The notes beneath the pieces were generated by a model. That model did not search any database. It was not told where the DNA came from and saw only the letters and a list, made by a program, of their open reading frames with translations. Below, piece after piece: positions 40,030-53,942 of a stretch of DNA of 64,000 nt. The position numbers and the translations under genes were made by a program. The DNA is taken from contig CM119270.1 of assembly GCA_051294375.1 (NCBI GenBank), positions 8,481,213 to 8,545,212 of the forward strand. Reading direction: 5' to 3'. Source of the stretch: Paraspadella gotoi. Taxonomy: Eukaryota; Animalia; Chaetognatha. Each line of letters begins with the position of its first letter. The first letter of the stretch is position 1.

Positions 40030-41615
40030 ATTCAATATTTGGAATTAACTAAACTACTGAGGTCCTTTCAGATGTTATTAGCTATGAACGAAGGAAATTA
40101 CCCGAAAGTCGCTCGGACACAAATTGAAATTTCTATTGCGTAATTCCAGTGGATCGTCTCGACTCTCGATCTTAGTCAAATGATGATAACAACAACGAAC
40201 TTGGACGACGATTCGGGCGAGAGACAACGAGGTCGATGACGGGGCAGAAATGAGATGATGCACTCGTCGTCTTTCTTGTCGTCGTCGTCGTCGTCGTTGC
40301 TGACGAAAAGGTAAGTCAGTCGAGCGACTTGGAGAAACTGGTTTGGACGGATTATCACGTGACCTGGACGAAGAACGTCATGTGATCAAATGAGAAATTT
40401 CGTTGTCCCGCGAAAGCAAAGCCCTTGCTACAAAAAAAAATCTTTTGACGCACGGTCGGAAATTAAAATGTCGCGATGAATTTTACGTATTCAATGTAAT
40501 ATATGTAACTTTGTATACGCTTGGGTCACGTGACTCAAGGTCCGCCTTCGCATCGAATGGCAGCTGATCCCAAGGCCGAGAGAGGAACCGGAATCTCGAA
40601 GCCTCACTTTTGATGACATCCAACTTTGAAAGGTTGTCAAGTGGATTTGGAGGAAGGAGGTGCGTCGCGTCTCGTCGACAAGATGTTTGGGGACAGAGCG
40701 GACTCTTTGAAAAACAAGAATTGTGGATTAAGAGATTTCGGATGATAGAATAAACAAGAGAATATCTTCGATACCTTTTCGAAATAAGCTATGAAGATTG
40801 ATAGGGTATGATTAAAAAAATATTAAACAATATTTCATTCATGTCCAGTAAAATCAAGCTTCTCTAGGTTTTACATACTGAAGTCTAAACGCGTTTTATC
40901 TTTAAAACCAAAAATACTTAAATCTAATAGAAAAAAGTTGTATCTTTTCTTTTTTTTAACCAAAAAAAGAGCCAGTCTACGAAGATTGAGAAACATTTAG
41001 AAAAAAAGGGTTGTAAGAAAAAACGCGAGAAGAAAAAGAAGTTCGGTCAAACTTGACATTAAAAACTTAGAAATTCGAGATCAATCGCGACTGAATCCAA
41101 TCGCTGATTGCTGACAAATGTCATTGTGGATTGGCGGCAAAGAGAGCGAAGGGGAAGATCCAAAGTCGGACCGACTGAGATGGTCACCGATGCAAGAAAA
41201 AAAAAACCGGAATTTAATTTTTTTGTATCTAATTACGATGGAATGCGGATTGAATTTTAATTTTTCGAAACGTCTAAAGTTGTAGATCGAGTTGGAAAAT
41301 CCTGGAAAATTAGAAAAAGAAGCTGGAGAAAAACAGAAAAGAAAAAGAAACATTCTGTCGATTATAAAATTGAATTAATTATCGAACAAAATTGATTAGG
41401 AGTGGCTTTGATAATACGGTTATACTTTGTATTGATTTTGTCTGGGCAGTTTTCTTTACTTATTATTTGACACTGACTCAATAAAAATAGTATCGGTTTA
41501 GCGTACTTTCGATTTTTTTCGAAGCTGTGTAGTTCGAACTATTCCACCCACCGAAAATGAGGAGCTAATTTACGAGCAACAGGTTCTATTGATTTTTTTG
41601 TTTTGTCGAGAGAAA

Positions 41616-41679
<64 letters not shown>

Positions 41680-42759
41680 TGAGAAGAGAGAGAGAGAGAG
41701 AACAGGCGCCCGCGGTTCAGAAATTTTCGAAGGGGGTTAGCATCACTCACCGAAAAAAACCTGAGCTCGGAGATCCAAATTTTTTTGCGTTTTCTTTCTG
41801 TTTTGTTTCGTACTTTTATCGTTGATGATTTGTCGGACGTTTATTAAAAGAACAAGACAACAACAAACACTAGTACAGTTATTATTCTGAGTTGGTGAGA
41901 ATGAAATAAAAATAAGTCGGTGAAAGTAAATGAGAGAAATAAAGATAAGAAAGAATGAAAGACAAGAAAAAAAGAAAGAAAGAAAGAGACGCAGACAGAC
42001 ATAAAATCACTGTCCAAAGTAAGTCTTTACCCTGAATTCATCCAGAGGTAAGTATTCGTCATCCAGAAAAGGCTCGAGTAAGTTTCGAATTTCAGGGGAG
42101 ACAGCAGGTAGGAGAATGAGGGTGAAGAAGACGGAAGAGGGTGAGCAGCGGGACGGTAAGCAGCAAGAGGAGGAGGAGGAGGAGCAAGGTAAGTCCGAAG
42201 CTGGATTCCCCGTCGCGCGGAGGAGGTTTTCAGCAGCGAGCGAAAGCGACTTTCCTCTGAGTAAACATCTAAACATTTTGGGATTTTTAAATTAATCTTT
42301 ATTTCGAATTTATTTTGGAAATAAGTTTATATAACAAGATGCAGTTTTGTCATTTCATTATTTTGTATGTATCTCTTTAAGCAGTTGATTCGAAGTTACA
42401 TAGTTTTCATTCTTTGGATAATATTGCAGTAATCTTATGCTAGAATAACAAGCTTGATGGTTGCCTGAAACCCCTGATAATTCTTTCACTAATTTCATAA
42501 GTCTTAACGATTACAAGCAAGGAAATTCGCTTTACGATTTATTGCTATCAAAAGGCTTATTAAATTTCGTCATATTCTACTACTAGTTCAAGCGCCTTCC
42601 TCAATAGTCAAGAATTTTTGCTTTGTTGTCAACAAAGGGAGATTCCTGAACGATGACAAATGATGTCAGAATCACTAATCACTAATCGCGCGACGAAATG
42701 AACGGAATGAACAAATGAACAATGGCATATCTCCTCAGTCAATGTTGTGCGAGTTTGAG

Positions 42760-42853
<94 letters not shown>

Positions 42854-43131
42854 CCATTCGAAAATATTAAACGTAAATATTTTATATTAAATTCAATAAA
42901 TAATATTTCACAAGGAACAATTTACTTACTAACATCGTTATCGAGTTATGAGTTGAAGGTACATAAGGTAAGATAAAAAAACGATAATATTTAAAAAGAT
43001 TTTAAAAAGAATTCGTCTTTAATCTGACCTTGAATCTCAAAACCCAACGAAAAGAAAGATTCTTCACAATGAGTTGAAGGTAGAAAAATGAAAGATAGTC
43101 TAAATCAATAGAAAAAAAGGAAAAAAAGGCT

Positions 43132-44228
43132 TTTTTTACCAAAAGCGCCCCGTTTTTGTTCCTTAATCCCTGAATTAATTTTAACTTTAATATTTTACCC
43201 TAAACTGTTACCAAACTCCTGAGTCCTGACCCATTACCTAATCCATGCATTTTTAACCTTAACCCTTATCCCTCATGTATATTGTATAACCCAAACAATT
43301 AACCCTTGACACAAACCTTAATCCTTAACCTAATCCCTAATTTAATCTCTTACGCCAACCTATAAACCAATCTTTAAGCATAAAAAATATACGGATTTCA
43401 AAATAAGTGAAATAAAAGTATTAGTTATTACTCTGAACTGACTCCATATGACTAATATTTGATCATCTTATTAGTTAGAAAATTCTCTAAAGTTTATGTT
43501 CTTATAAGGCAAATTGATAATACTTTACAAAATAACAAATGGTGCACTTGCCTTCCAGCAGCTTTTTTTTGCAACATTTCTCCTCTCTTATTTGACATTT
43601 CAATTTTAAACTAATTGTGAAAAAAATTGAGTCAAATATTTTAATTTTTTTTATATTCATTTGTTAGTATAATGTTTTGGGAGCATGCAAAAAAATTCTT
43701 ATTAATATATTTCAAGATTTAGTTAGGCAACAGACTTTTGTCAGATCATTGTTGTTTTCCTTTTTTTTTCAAAGCTGAAATTTTTATTTTCTATAAGTTT
43801 TAACTAAAAAAACTATAAAATGAAAACGGCTGTTATTGTGGCTGTAAAAAAGTTTTTGACATTATGATTGCATAGGCGCATACTCCAATGTTTATATCTT
43901 TAAGATAAACCAACATTTTTTATCATTTCATTTTTTTCAATAAAAATATATCTTATATCAGGAAGGTCATATTCAAATGCAAAAAATGTTTTTTTTTTAA
44001 ATTCGACTATGCCATTGATGAGCTTATAACTAAAAAAGCAAGCTGGACCACCTTGAGTTGGAAAATAAAAAAACGTCAGCAATTTTTTTACCAGAATGCA
44101 AAATCTGAAGTTGATACGTATAACAAATAAATTAGCCACAGTATTTGAATCTTTCATTTCACTCCCATTTGAAATTCGTGTAATTTGATTCCATATTTAA
44201 GATGAAATGGGGCGCTATGGGGAAATAG
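43132..44228. mobile_element. Old MITE-like element with degenerate telomere-like repeats
   Basis: AGCGCCCCgTTT at ~43144 is inverted by AAAtGGGGCGCT at ~44205. 43160-43370 carries decayed (CCTTAA/CCCTAA) repeats. Confidence 0.4.
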
Positions 44229-45184
44229 GGCGGAAAAGGGCTTATTCACCAATAATTTTTTTTGCACACTCCCCGTTTCATATCCATTTCATTGAGAAAG
44301 TCTAATCTTAACGACGCTCGTGGAGAGGGTCATAAAACCAATGCCTCCGCCGACAACGAAAACTGTAACCCCGACGCGCGCCACCTTGTGTTCGCCGATT
44401 TCCATTTCGCCCTCTCGCGGCAGAAGTTCGCTCTTATCGCTTCATTTGCTCGTCTCAAGGTCAAGAATCCAAGGGGCGTCCGTTTTCGATGTTGACAAAG
44501 GATGTTTAATCGTTTATATTTACATTTAACTTTTTCGAATGTGACAAAATCGTTTTATATACTAATATACAATATATATAGTACATGCAAATGGTAATAA
44601 ATGGCCCTATCCATATTTCATACCTTACCATACCTTACTTCTATTATTTATTTTATTATAATTAAAAGATGGAACGAAAAATAATTGAAAATTTCAGAAA
44701 ACAAAAATATTATAATTGCACAATCAATTCGGAGAGAAGATGAATGATTTGTGAATAAGGGAGATGAGGAGCTTGGTGGGCCGCAGATGACATCCCTTCA
44801 CTGCTTGGTGTCTGGGAACCAGGCTTGAGCTTGTGCTTATTCATTCATTTGATAAATAGGGTATCTTGCTCCAGACTATGGATCCCGCCAGTTTTCAAAG
44901 AACACTTTCTGAGAGTCTAGTTTAATTAGTCCCAGAGTACCTGGCTTCACTATCTTATACTAGATGCTTGTTTCTAATAATGTATGTGATGTTTTTTCTC
45001 CGTTTGATTTTTCACTGAAATCGTCAGACTTTTACTTTTCTTTCAATTTTCTTTTCTTTTCTCTTTCTTTCCTTTTTCTCCCCCTGCTCTCCTTTCTCCT
45101 CTTTATCCATCATTGATCCTCTGGTTTCGTCCTCCTTGTGTCTGTTTTGCGCTAGACACATTGGCGTCAGCCGAGCCATTGGGG

Positions 45185-45223
<39 letters not shown>

Positions 45224-45349
45224 CTCTCTCTCTCTCATCTCTCTCTCCTCTCTCATCTCTCATCTCTCTCTCTCGGCATGGCTCCGGTTTTTTTTAGCCA
45301 GACATAGTCAGCTCGCGTTGCCCATTTTATTGTGTTGTGCGAGCGAGAG

Positions 45350-45444
<95 letters not shown>

Positions 45445-45479
45445 CGTGAGCCCGGAACCGCGAGAGAGAACCTCGAACT

Positions 45480-45612
45480 GTAATTGGTCCGACCGTATTC
45501 AAGCGACGCTCCTTTTCATTGTTTCAATTATAAAACCGACCGCTTTTTTCGTCCTTACCTTTCCCCAGTCGCCATTGGTATGACGCTAGAACAGCCTGAC
45601 GTCATTGGAGGA
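45480..45612. promoter_or_regulatory. Candidate promoter cluster (CCAAT boxes + CRE)
   Basis: Three ATTGG (~45484, ~45573, ~45604) and TGACGTCA (45597-45604), followed by a CpG-rich segment at 45770-46070. Motif-only evidence. Confidence 0.3.
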
Positions 45613-45644
45613 GGGGAAAGCCAAGGAGGAGGCAGAGAAGAGAA

Positions 45645-45707
<63 letters not shown>

Positions 45708-47489
45708 AAGGAGAGAGCGGGGGGAGAGGGAGTGAAGAGAGAGTGAGGGGAGGAAAAACCTGAGACGAAGAGGCGCGCAGATATATCCGGTCGACTTAGT
45801 TGTCCGTCGGTCGTCGTGAGTCGTCGTCGTCGTCGGCCTTTTGCGGTTGGTTATTCCGTCTCCAGCGCAGCTTTTTTTTTCTCTCCAGAACTAAAATCCG
45901 CGTCGACGTATCGTCTAGGAATGCCATGGCCGGATGTCAGTGTCGGATGCCGGTGCCGGGTGCCCTTCCCGGATGCAATAGTGCCGGATACGAGTGCCGG
46001 GGTTCAGTGCCGGGTGCGCAGTCTGCAATGCGTCTCCGCCGTCGTTAGGAAGGCAAGCGTGAGCGTCTCGGCGAATATTTCCGGGAATCTTTGCGACGGT
46101 TTCGTGATTTTGTTGTTGGTGAATTTTCTTTTCGTTTTTTTTTAAGACGTCAATCTTTTCTTTCTTTGCAAACTTTTCACGACTTGATTTTTAAAGAAAA
46201 CAAAATACAAAAGAAAAAACGAACGGAACCTCCCTCCCTCCCCCAAGCCAAAAAAAGTGGGGAACGTCCCCGGTCGCTTCGCTCCGCAACAAAAACGGAA
46301 ATCGATGCCAGCGGAAAAAAAAAATGGGGGAAAACAAAACGGAAAAAGTTTTGAGCCGCAGAAATTTTGTAGACTATTTTTTTTATCTACTAAATAACAT
46401 ATTTTGAAATTAAATAATATTCTACGCGAGATGGCGCAATGCCGAAGATCTTTTTTTTCTCGCGAGAATCGACAGAGGGAGGAGCGACGTTAAGTAGGAG
46501 GGAGGTAAGTGAAAGGTAAGTGAGATAAGTGCCCGCGGGTCGACGAGTAAGAACGAGGATCGGATTATTTTAGATTGGCGAGATTGGGAGAGAAGAGGAA
46601 AGGAAAAAAAGAAAGAGAACCGAAGGGAAGATTGCTTTCCTTTTGATATGATATTGCTTGGTTGGTTGATTGGTTTGGGAGGAACCGATTTGATTTAGAA
46701 ATTTGGTCTCCAATATTCTCTTTTAGGATTAAGTAAAAAAAAAATACCATTTTTATTTTTTGTTATATATCTATATGTTTAAAACTAATTTATATATTCC
46801 CCTACCTTCTCGATTCTGCCTTGTTTATCGAGTCTCTCTTCTTTACAAGGTTTTTCGTCGATGCTGCTTTTTTTTTCTATTGAATTTCGCTTTCGACATC
46901 CAAAAAAAGAGAGCAAAAGTCGATCAAAAACAAAACAAAACAAAAAAAAACTGTTTTCCCGGGACGCGAAGAGAGAGGTTGAGACGGTAGGTCCCCGTGT
47001 TTTTCCGAGGGCATGAGGGGATTTGGCATTGAGCCCTGGCTAAGGGCAGATGGCGGAGGGGAGATGGCGGAGGGCATATGGCAGAGAGCTGATGACGACG
47101 GGCTGATTGCATTACTGGCTGGCCAATAGCCCAGACTATAGACTATAGATGGAGGCCAGCTACAACGCTGCATTTTGTCATTAAAATTGTGCCATTAATT
47201 GTCCTTAAACGAAAAGTAAACAATATTTTTTTATCTTTAAATAATAACTTTTATCTAAAATTCTAACAAGTTCATTTTTCTTTTTTATCTTACAAACTTT
47301 CTCCCGCCCGCTTTCAATTCTTGTCCTCAAATCGCTTCGTCTCTCTTCTCTTTATATTTATCTTTTTCTTACAGATTCCATTAATCTTCCTCCATCAGTT
47401 TCTATCCCTGTTTTATCATTACGCTATTTTTTTGAGTCTCCGTTCTAGTTACTGATTTGGAATATTTTTTTTTCTAAAATTGGTACAAC

Positions 47490-47781
47490 TGAATTCGGCC
47501 ATTGCATAAGTTGACCCCGCCTATAAGTTATTAAGCGTGACACCTTCCTTCCTGACGCGGTGGCTCATCGAGTAAAGCCATTAACTAATGACCACGTGGT
47601 ACAATCCCAACCCGTGGCCTACCCTGCGGGAAGTGTGAGGATGCCTGTAACCCGCTTTGGGGGGCGTGGAAAACCCAGAAGCCTGATTTATAGCTCTGGA
47701 CCCGCTGGATGGTTGCTATAGGGGTTAAAGATGATGCGGATAGTCATCTTCAGCCCACTTAGCGTCTTATCCACACTCAAC
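47490..47781 (+). mobile_element. SINE-like insertion nested in a dispersed repeat
   Basis: A-box-like TGGCTCATCGAG (~47561) and B-box-like GGTACAATCCC (~47598). The segment interrupts AATTGGTACAAC|CAATATAA..CCATTCATTT, which is contiguous at 21630-21670, with CAAC repeated at both ends. Confidence 0.5.
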
Positions 47782-48849
47782 CAATATAATAATTACCCAT
47801 TCATTTAATAAATTCATTTTGACCCTGATTTTCGACAGGGTATTGTGGTTTAAATCAAGACTCTCTCAAAGTTTTGTTTATTCACTCCCAGATCACTTGG
47901 CTTCCCTCTCAATGAAGTAGAAGAATGTTTCAATTGTCCCTTAAGTAAAACCTAACACCTTCATTGATTAAGGCTATTAGTCTATTGTTAAAATTAAAAT
48001 GTGGAATTTCAACGTTTCCATCTTCGTCTCTGTTGCATCGCTGCGGATTTGTTGACCCCACGAAATAAATTCGAGTCTTTTCTTTCCTCCGATTAGCGAA
48101 GACGCGTTGGGCACGACGGAAAACATCACATTTTCGTCCATTAGTGGGATCTGTAAAAAATCCACACGAAGTCACAGACCCTTGTTGCCAAGGACACTCA
48201 ATGAAGAGAGAAGGGAGCCGACCACCTGTTCCTTCATGAAGTCCGAGGTCGGGTTGAGAGCGAGAGGAGGCAGACGATCGAGAGAGATGGAATGAGAGAG
48301 GAGGAGAGGGTGAGAGGAGAGAGAGAGAGGGGGAGGGAGGAGAAGAGATGAGAGAGGAGAGAGAAGAGAGGAGAGAGATAAAAGAAAGAAAGAGTGCCAG
48401 AAAAAGAGAGAGAAAAGGATGGAGAGAGGAGTTAAGAGAAGGAAAGCGAGAGAGAGAGAGAGAAAGAGAAAGAGAGAGATAAATATACATATAGTAAATC
48501 AATGAAATATTAAAACATATTATTCCATGGCAAGAACATCGCCGAGAAATTGTTTTCACATTCGTGGTTGACGGCTAAAATTGCACCTGAACCTCTCACT
48601 AAAATTGCACCTGAACAACTCACTCGGTGCCAAAGCGGATAAGGTCCAGAGGGCACCGCTTTTGCATCGATGTCAGCCTCGATCCAGATTTCTTCCTTGT
48701 CCCTTTGTTTGTTTATAAAGTCACATTAGCGCTTCGTTTGCCTGGCGTCCTCCCTGCATCTTAACTAAAGGCCGACTACGCCTTTTCTATTAATTTAACT
48801 GCTTCGGTCGGGAGCCTTCACCGCCTGCGTTAGAGGGAAACCACAGCCC

Positions 48850-48944
<95 letters not shown>

Positions 48945-50317
48945 GCCGTCTCAAAGGCCTCGTAAAGAGTTTAAGAATAGCTTTTTATCGCTCAGTTTTG
49001 AAAACATGCGAGAGAAAAAGTATGTAAAGTGAAGAGGAAAAAGCGAGAAAAAGTCGAGTTTTTCCCTTTCGCCCGTTTTCGTGTTTTCATCATGTTTTTG
49101 CTCTCTTCCTCGGTAGCATTTGATGTCTTCCAGAAGAGATTCTTTTTTTTTTTTCCTTATTTCCGTTCTACGATTTCTCAACTTTTCTTTTCTTTTTTTT
49201 ATCTCTTTTTTTTATCTTTTTTTACCGCCTTTCTTTTCTCTTATGTATTTTTTCCGCCCTTTCATATTTCCTCTTTCTTTTTCATTTTTTTAATCTCTTT
49301 TCTCTCTTTTTCTTCTTTTTTCGTTTTTTTTCTTTTCCTCCACGTTTTTTAGGATCTTTCGTTTCCATCTTCATCCAATTCTTCTTAAACAGGATAAATA
49401 TGTTTTCCTTTTTATCGTTACGTTGTCGCGCGACAATCATTCTCGTTACTTGCTGGTGAGATGGAGTACATTTGAATCCGGAGTTCTGGAACTCGCAGTA
49501 CTACCGGACTGCATTTACTTCCGAAATCATCAAAAGAGGTTGTTTGAGGTTCAAAATATTCCTTTTTATATACCGTCTAAGACAAAATAAATATGGAATT
49601 TTCAGAATGAATAAAATAACCTTGACTGGTAAGCATAAGCGTGCTCTGAGTATCACCAGTTGCTCAATCGATTGCTCGATCCTTCGTCCCACACCGCGCC
49701 TGCGCAGTGCTCACCCCGCCCAGGCTTAGCCTTCCCCCATTCCGCCCCCCTCCTCTCCTTTTTCTGCCCTACTTTTCATCGAAATCCATGGATGTCGAAC
49801 TCGTTTCATCAGCGATTCGCCGCCGTTTAAATTAGATTCAGGTCTTTCGCGTCCTACTTTCCATTTTTCATCCGCGTCCCAACCCTTTTCCTTAGTTCGT
49901 TGTAGACTAATCCTAGTTCTAAACATTCATACTGACAATAACCCTTGTATAATGTATATATATATATATTGTTTACTTGACTCCACTAAATCAGTATTAT
50001 TAATGAATGAACTTTCTGACCATCCATGAACATTTTCACAACCATAGTCCATTAAGTTAATAAATGTATTATTCTTTCAACTCTTTCTACTAATCTATTC
50101 TTACTCTCACAACTCCTAAAGAGCCTCTTCCCTTTTTTTCGCTGCTTTATTATTCTTCTACATTTTCGCTGCTTTATTATTCTTCTACATTTTCCGAGAA
50201 TTTGAGAATGAATACTATATCCCACTGCAACTCAGGAAGGAAAATAAAAATTTGGAATATCTCCCTATCTCTTTCTCTCTCTCTCACACTCTTTCTCTCT
50301 CTCTCTCTCTCTCTCTC

Positions 50318-50352
<35 letters not shown>

Positions 50353-50353
50353 T

Positions 50354-50387
<34 letters not shown>

Positions 50388-50421
50388 CCCCTCTCTCTCT
50401 CTCCCCCTCTCTCTCTCTTCA

Positions 50422-50455
<34 letters not shown>

Positions 50456-50621
50456 ACTTTACTCTTTCATTTTCTCTCCTCAGTTCTCTGATTCCTCCCT
50501 GCTCTCTTTTCCTCCACTTCCCTCCTTCTTTCTTTCCATCTCTCTGCTATCTTGTTTCGGGCCTCATATTGAAATTATAATTGCCCTTTTCCACAATCAC
50601 ACTTGCTCACTCCGTCTCTCT

Positions 50622-50685
<64 letters not shown>

Positions 50686-51152
50686 TCCTCTTCTCTCTCT
50701 CTCTCTCCCTCCCCTCTTTTCTCCTTTCTCTCTCGTTTCTGCTCTACGCGGAAACATGTCAAAATAACTTCGTCTCCTTTTGTGAGCCTTTTATTTCTTT
50801 TTCATTCCATTTGTGTTTTTTGAAACTTGGCTGAAGTTGATGTGAAGCAAAAGGGCACCAAAGGCCAGCCTTCACTGGCCTCCTTCGCTTTAATTCGTTC
50901 TTTGTTCTGAAATCTTTATACAACAATATATATTAATTATATTCTAATCGCTTCTGAAATTCGTCGATTTAGATTTTTTTGGCCTAAATGATTAAAAAGT
51001 TACAGATGTTTTTAACAAAGTTTTATGTTTACTTGGATTTTTTAACAAATACAATTTATTTGTTTTTTTAAAATCAACAATCCTTTTGCCTTAGCTTTTT
51101 GCGACCTTTAATTTATCCCACTATCGACATCAGCTCTGCCCCGCGGCCCTTT

Positions 51153-51243
<91 letters not shown>

Positions 51244-51268
51244 CCCTCTCTCTCTTCTCGCTCTCTCT

Positions 51269-51300
<32 letters not shown>

Positions 51301-51977
51301 CCGTCACATCCCGGCCTCTCATCAACCATCGGTCTTTGCCTCTCTGGTCCGATGGAGAGACTTCTCAACAATCATGAGGGGAGAACACGAAGAAAGACGA
51401 AGGGGGAGGCCAGGGGGGGAAGACGAAGGGGGAGGAGAGGGGGGAGGAGACGTAGGGGAGGCGAGGGGGAAGACGAAGGGGAGGCGAGGGAGGGAAATTC
51501 GCATCGAAAACCTTTTTCTTATTTGTGAAGAAGTTTGGTGGAGACAGAAGGAGAAAGAAGGAGAAAGAATTAGCTGAGGTGGAGGGTTAGGGGTGGGGTA
51601 GGGTAGGGTAGGGCAGGGGTAGGGTTCCTAAGAAAGACCAAAATTTCGAGCTCAGGCGCTGTTTGGATTGGAAGAGAAAAGAATGAAAGGGGAAAGGGAG
51701 AATCCTGCACAGAAAATGGTCGAGACACGAGACTCTGAGAAAAAAAAATATATGGAAAGAAAATAAAGAATCGGCATTCGCTAAACCGAAGCCAAACGGG
51801 GACCATTAAAGCCTGGGACACGATCGCGAGGAGGAGGAGGAGCGGGGCGGTGGAAGAAGAACGAAGAAAATAAAAAGGGGGAGGAAAAAGTACAATATTT
51901 CATAGATCACGAGTGAATGTTCGAAGGAAGAATGTTAAATAGTTATATAGAAACAAAAATATGGAATTTCGTAGAAA

Positions 51978-52216
<239 letters not shown>

Positions 52217-53169
52217 TTCCATTGATTCCACAATTTGGAAAAAAAATTTTAATAATCATTTTATCAAATTAAATATTTAAGTCGAGAAAAGAAAGTTAGT
52301 ACAATAGTAAGTCAACTTAGTATGTTTGATTGAGGCATAAAAGTAATAAGACCATTGACCAAACACGGAAGGTTTCCTCTCAGATTTGATAAATCCAGTG
52401 ATCACGAGCCAATGAATATAAAAAGAACGAGGGATACTATTCACAGATATTTTGATCCGGAGAATGGGTGAGGATCCGACAGAGCGAGAGTGAGACAGTG
52501 AGAAATGGCGCGTGAAAAGACGAGGATATAAATCGCTTTGGTGGTGGAAAGACGTGACTTTAGGAGAGAAAAGGCGGGAAAAAAAGTAAAAAAAAAAAGA
52601 AAAAAAGAAAGAGGATCGATTTTTCTTGCGAAGCGAATAGAAAGTTGGAAAAGTTAAGAATCGCGGCTTGAATTCCTTTTTTACTTATAAATGTGAATGT
52701 TTTCATACAGCCAAGCACTCTGGATGTTAATAAACTAGGTGACTGTAAGAGAGTCTTGTTAAAATTCTGGTAGAATTCATGATTAGTTATACCATTTTTA
52801 TCAGGACAATTTTCTCAAATCCGAAACATATTGCAGAAGCCAGATCTTTTGTCAACATTTTTCACTTCTCCCTTTTGGTTACTTTTGAGAATGTCATTTT
52901 TTAAACCTTGCGAGGCAGAGTTGGCTCGGGGGGAAAAAACAACTAAACCAGAATTCGACACGAAACAAAAGCCAAAAGACAGTCGACAGTCGACAGTCGA
53001 CAGTCGACAGTGGCCAGTCGCCAGCACGACTGTGCAGAAATCTGCACGATCAGAGCCTCCATATGCGCGTAAGATAAAACACAAATACAAAAGAGAAAAC
53101 AACATTTAGTTTCTTAAAATTAACTAGAGAATTGACAAAGTTTTTGTTTGCAACGAATTTTATTTATAG

Positions 53170-53217
53170 TTGAACAGACATGTTTCGACTTGTTTTACAA
53201 GTCTTCATCAGCGTCAA
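53170..53217 (-). ncRNA. Solo minimal hammerhead ribozyme (Penelope pLTR relic)
   Basis: Minus strand: ttgacg CTGATGA A GACTTGT aaa ACAAGTC GAAA CATGTC tgttcaa, with a 7-bp stem II. Followed by the same AATAAAATTCGTTGCA seen after the 32.85-kb ribozyme. Confidence 0.85.
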
Positions 53218-53803
53218 TAATTAAAATTAACTCAAATTTTTGCTCTTCAAGACGTCAGTGATAAAGGATTACTGAAGATTTTTAAATGTTGATCTAAAGA
53301 ATCAATCTGACACCGATAATAAGCGTAATGTTTGTAAAATTGTTCTTTATTGTTCGTTTTAATCATATGATTTAAACAGAAATCGAGTACATTAATATTT
53401 ATGGTTAAAACAGACGACAGAGACAAGAGCGCCGGGTCGTTCCTCATTTGAATTTAGTGAAATCTATTTTTAGCGACGTAATGGGTTTGCATACGTTGAA
53501 AGAAGAGACCGTTTATCACAGCAACTGATTCATTAAAAACTCAAGATGTGTTGTTAAACTTGACAGAGAGGATATTTTCGCATTATGTATCGTTTCCCAA
53601 GGGATGAAACTACCTGACTATGAAATTAAATTGGGAAATCGATTTTTAAAAAAAGATGACGCGAAAGAGGAACTTCCGGTTTTTTTTTTGTTTTTTTTGC
53701 TCAAAACCATTTTCTTCGACAACTTTTTTATTTATCCTTTACTCTTTCCTCTTTAAATTTTTTTTCTTTCTTTCTTTCTTTCTTTCTTTCTTAATTCTTT
53801 ATT

Positions 53804-53847
<44 letters not shown>

Positions 53848-53910
53848 TTATTTATTATTTATTATTTTTTATTATTTATTTATTTATTTATTTATTTTTA
53901 TTTATTATTT

Positions 53911-53942
<32 letters not shown>

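Noticed and set aside
47960-48260. Minus-strand exon candidate (similar islands at 5370-5500, 40550-40710, 44290-44490, 62470-62760)
   Set aside because: Open frames exist, but I see no similarity to the HOOK domain or any family I recognise; cannot be supported without a search.
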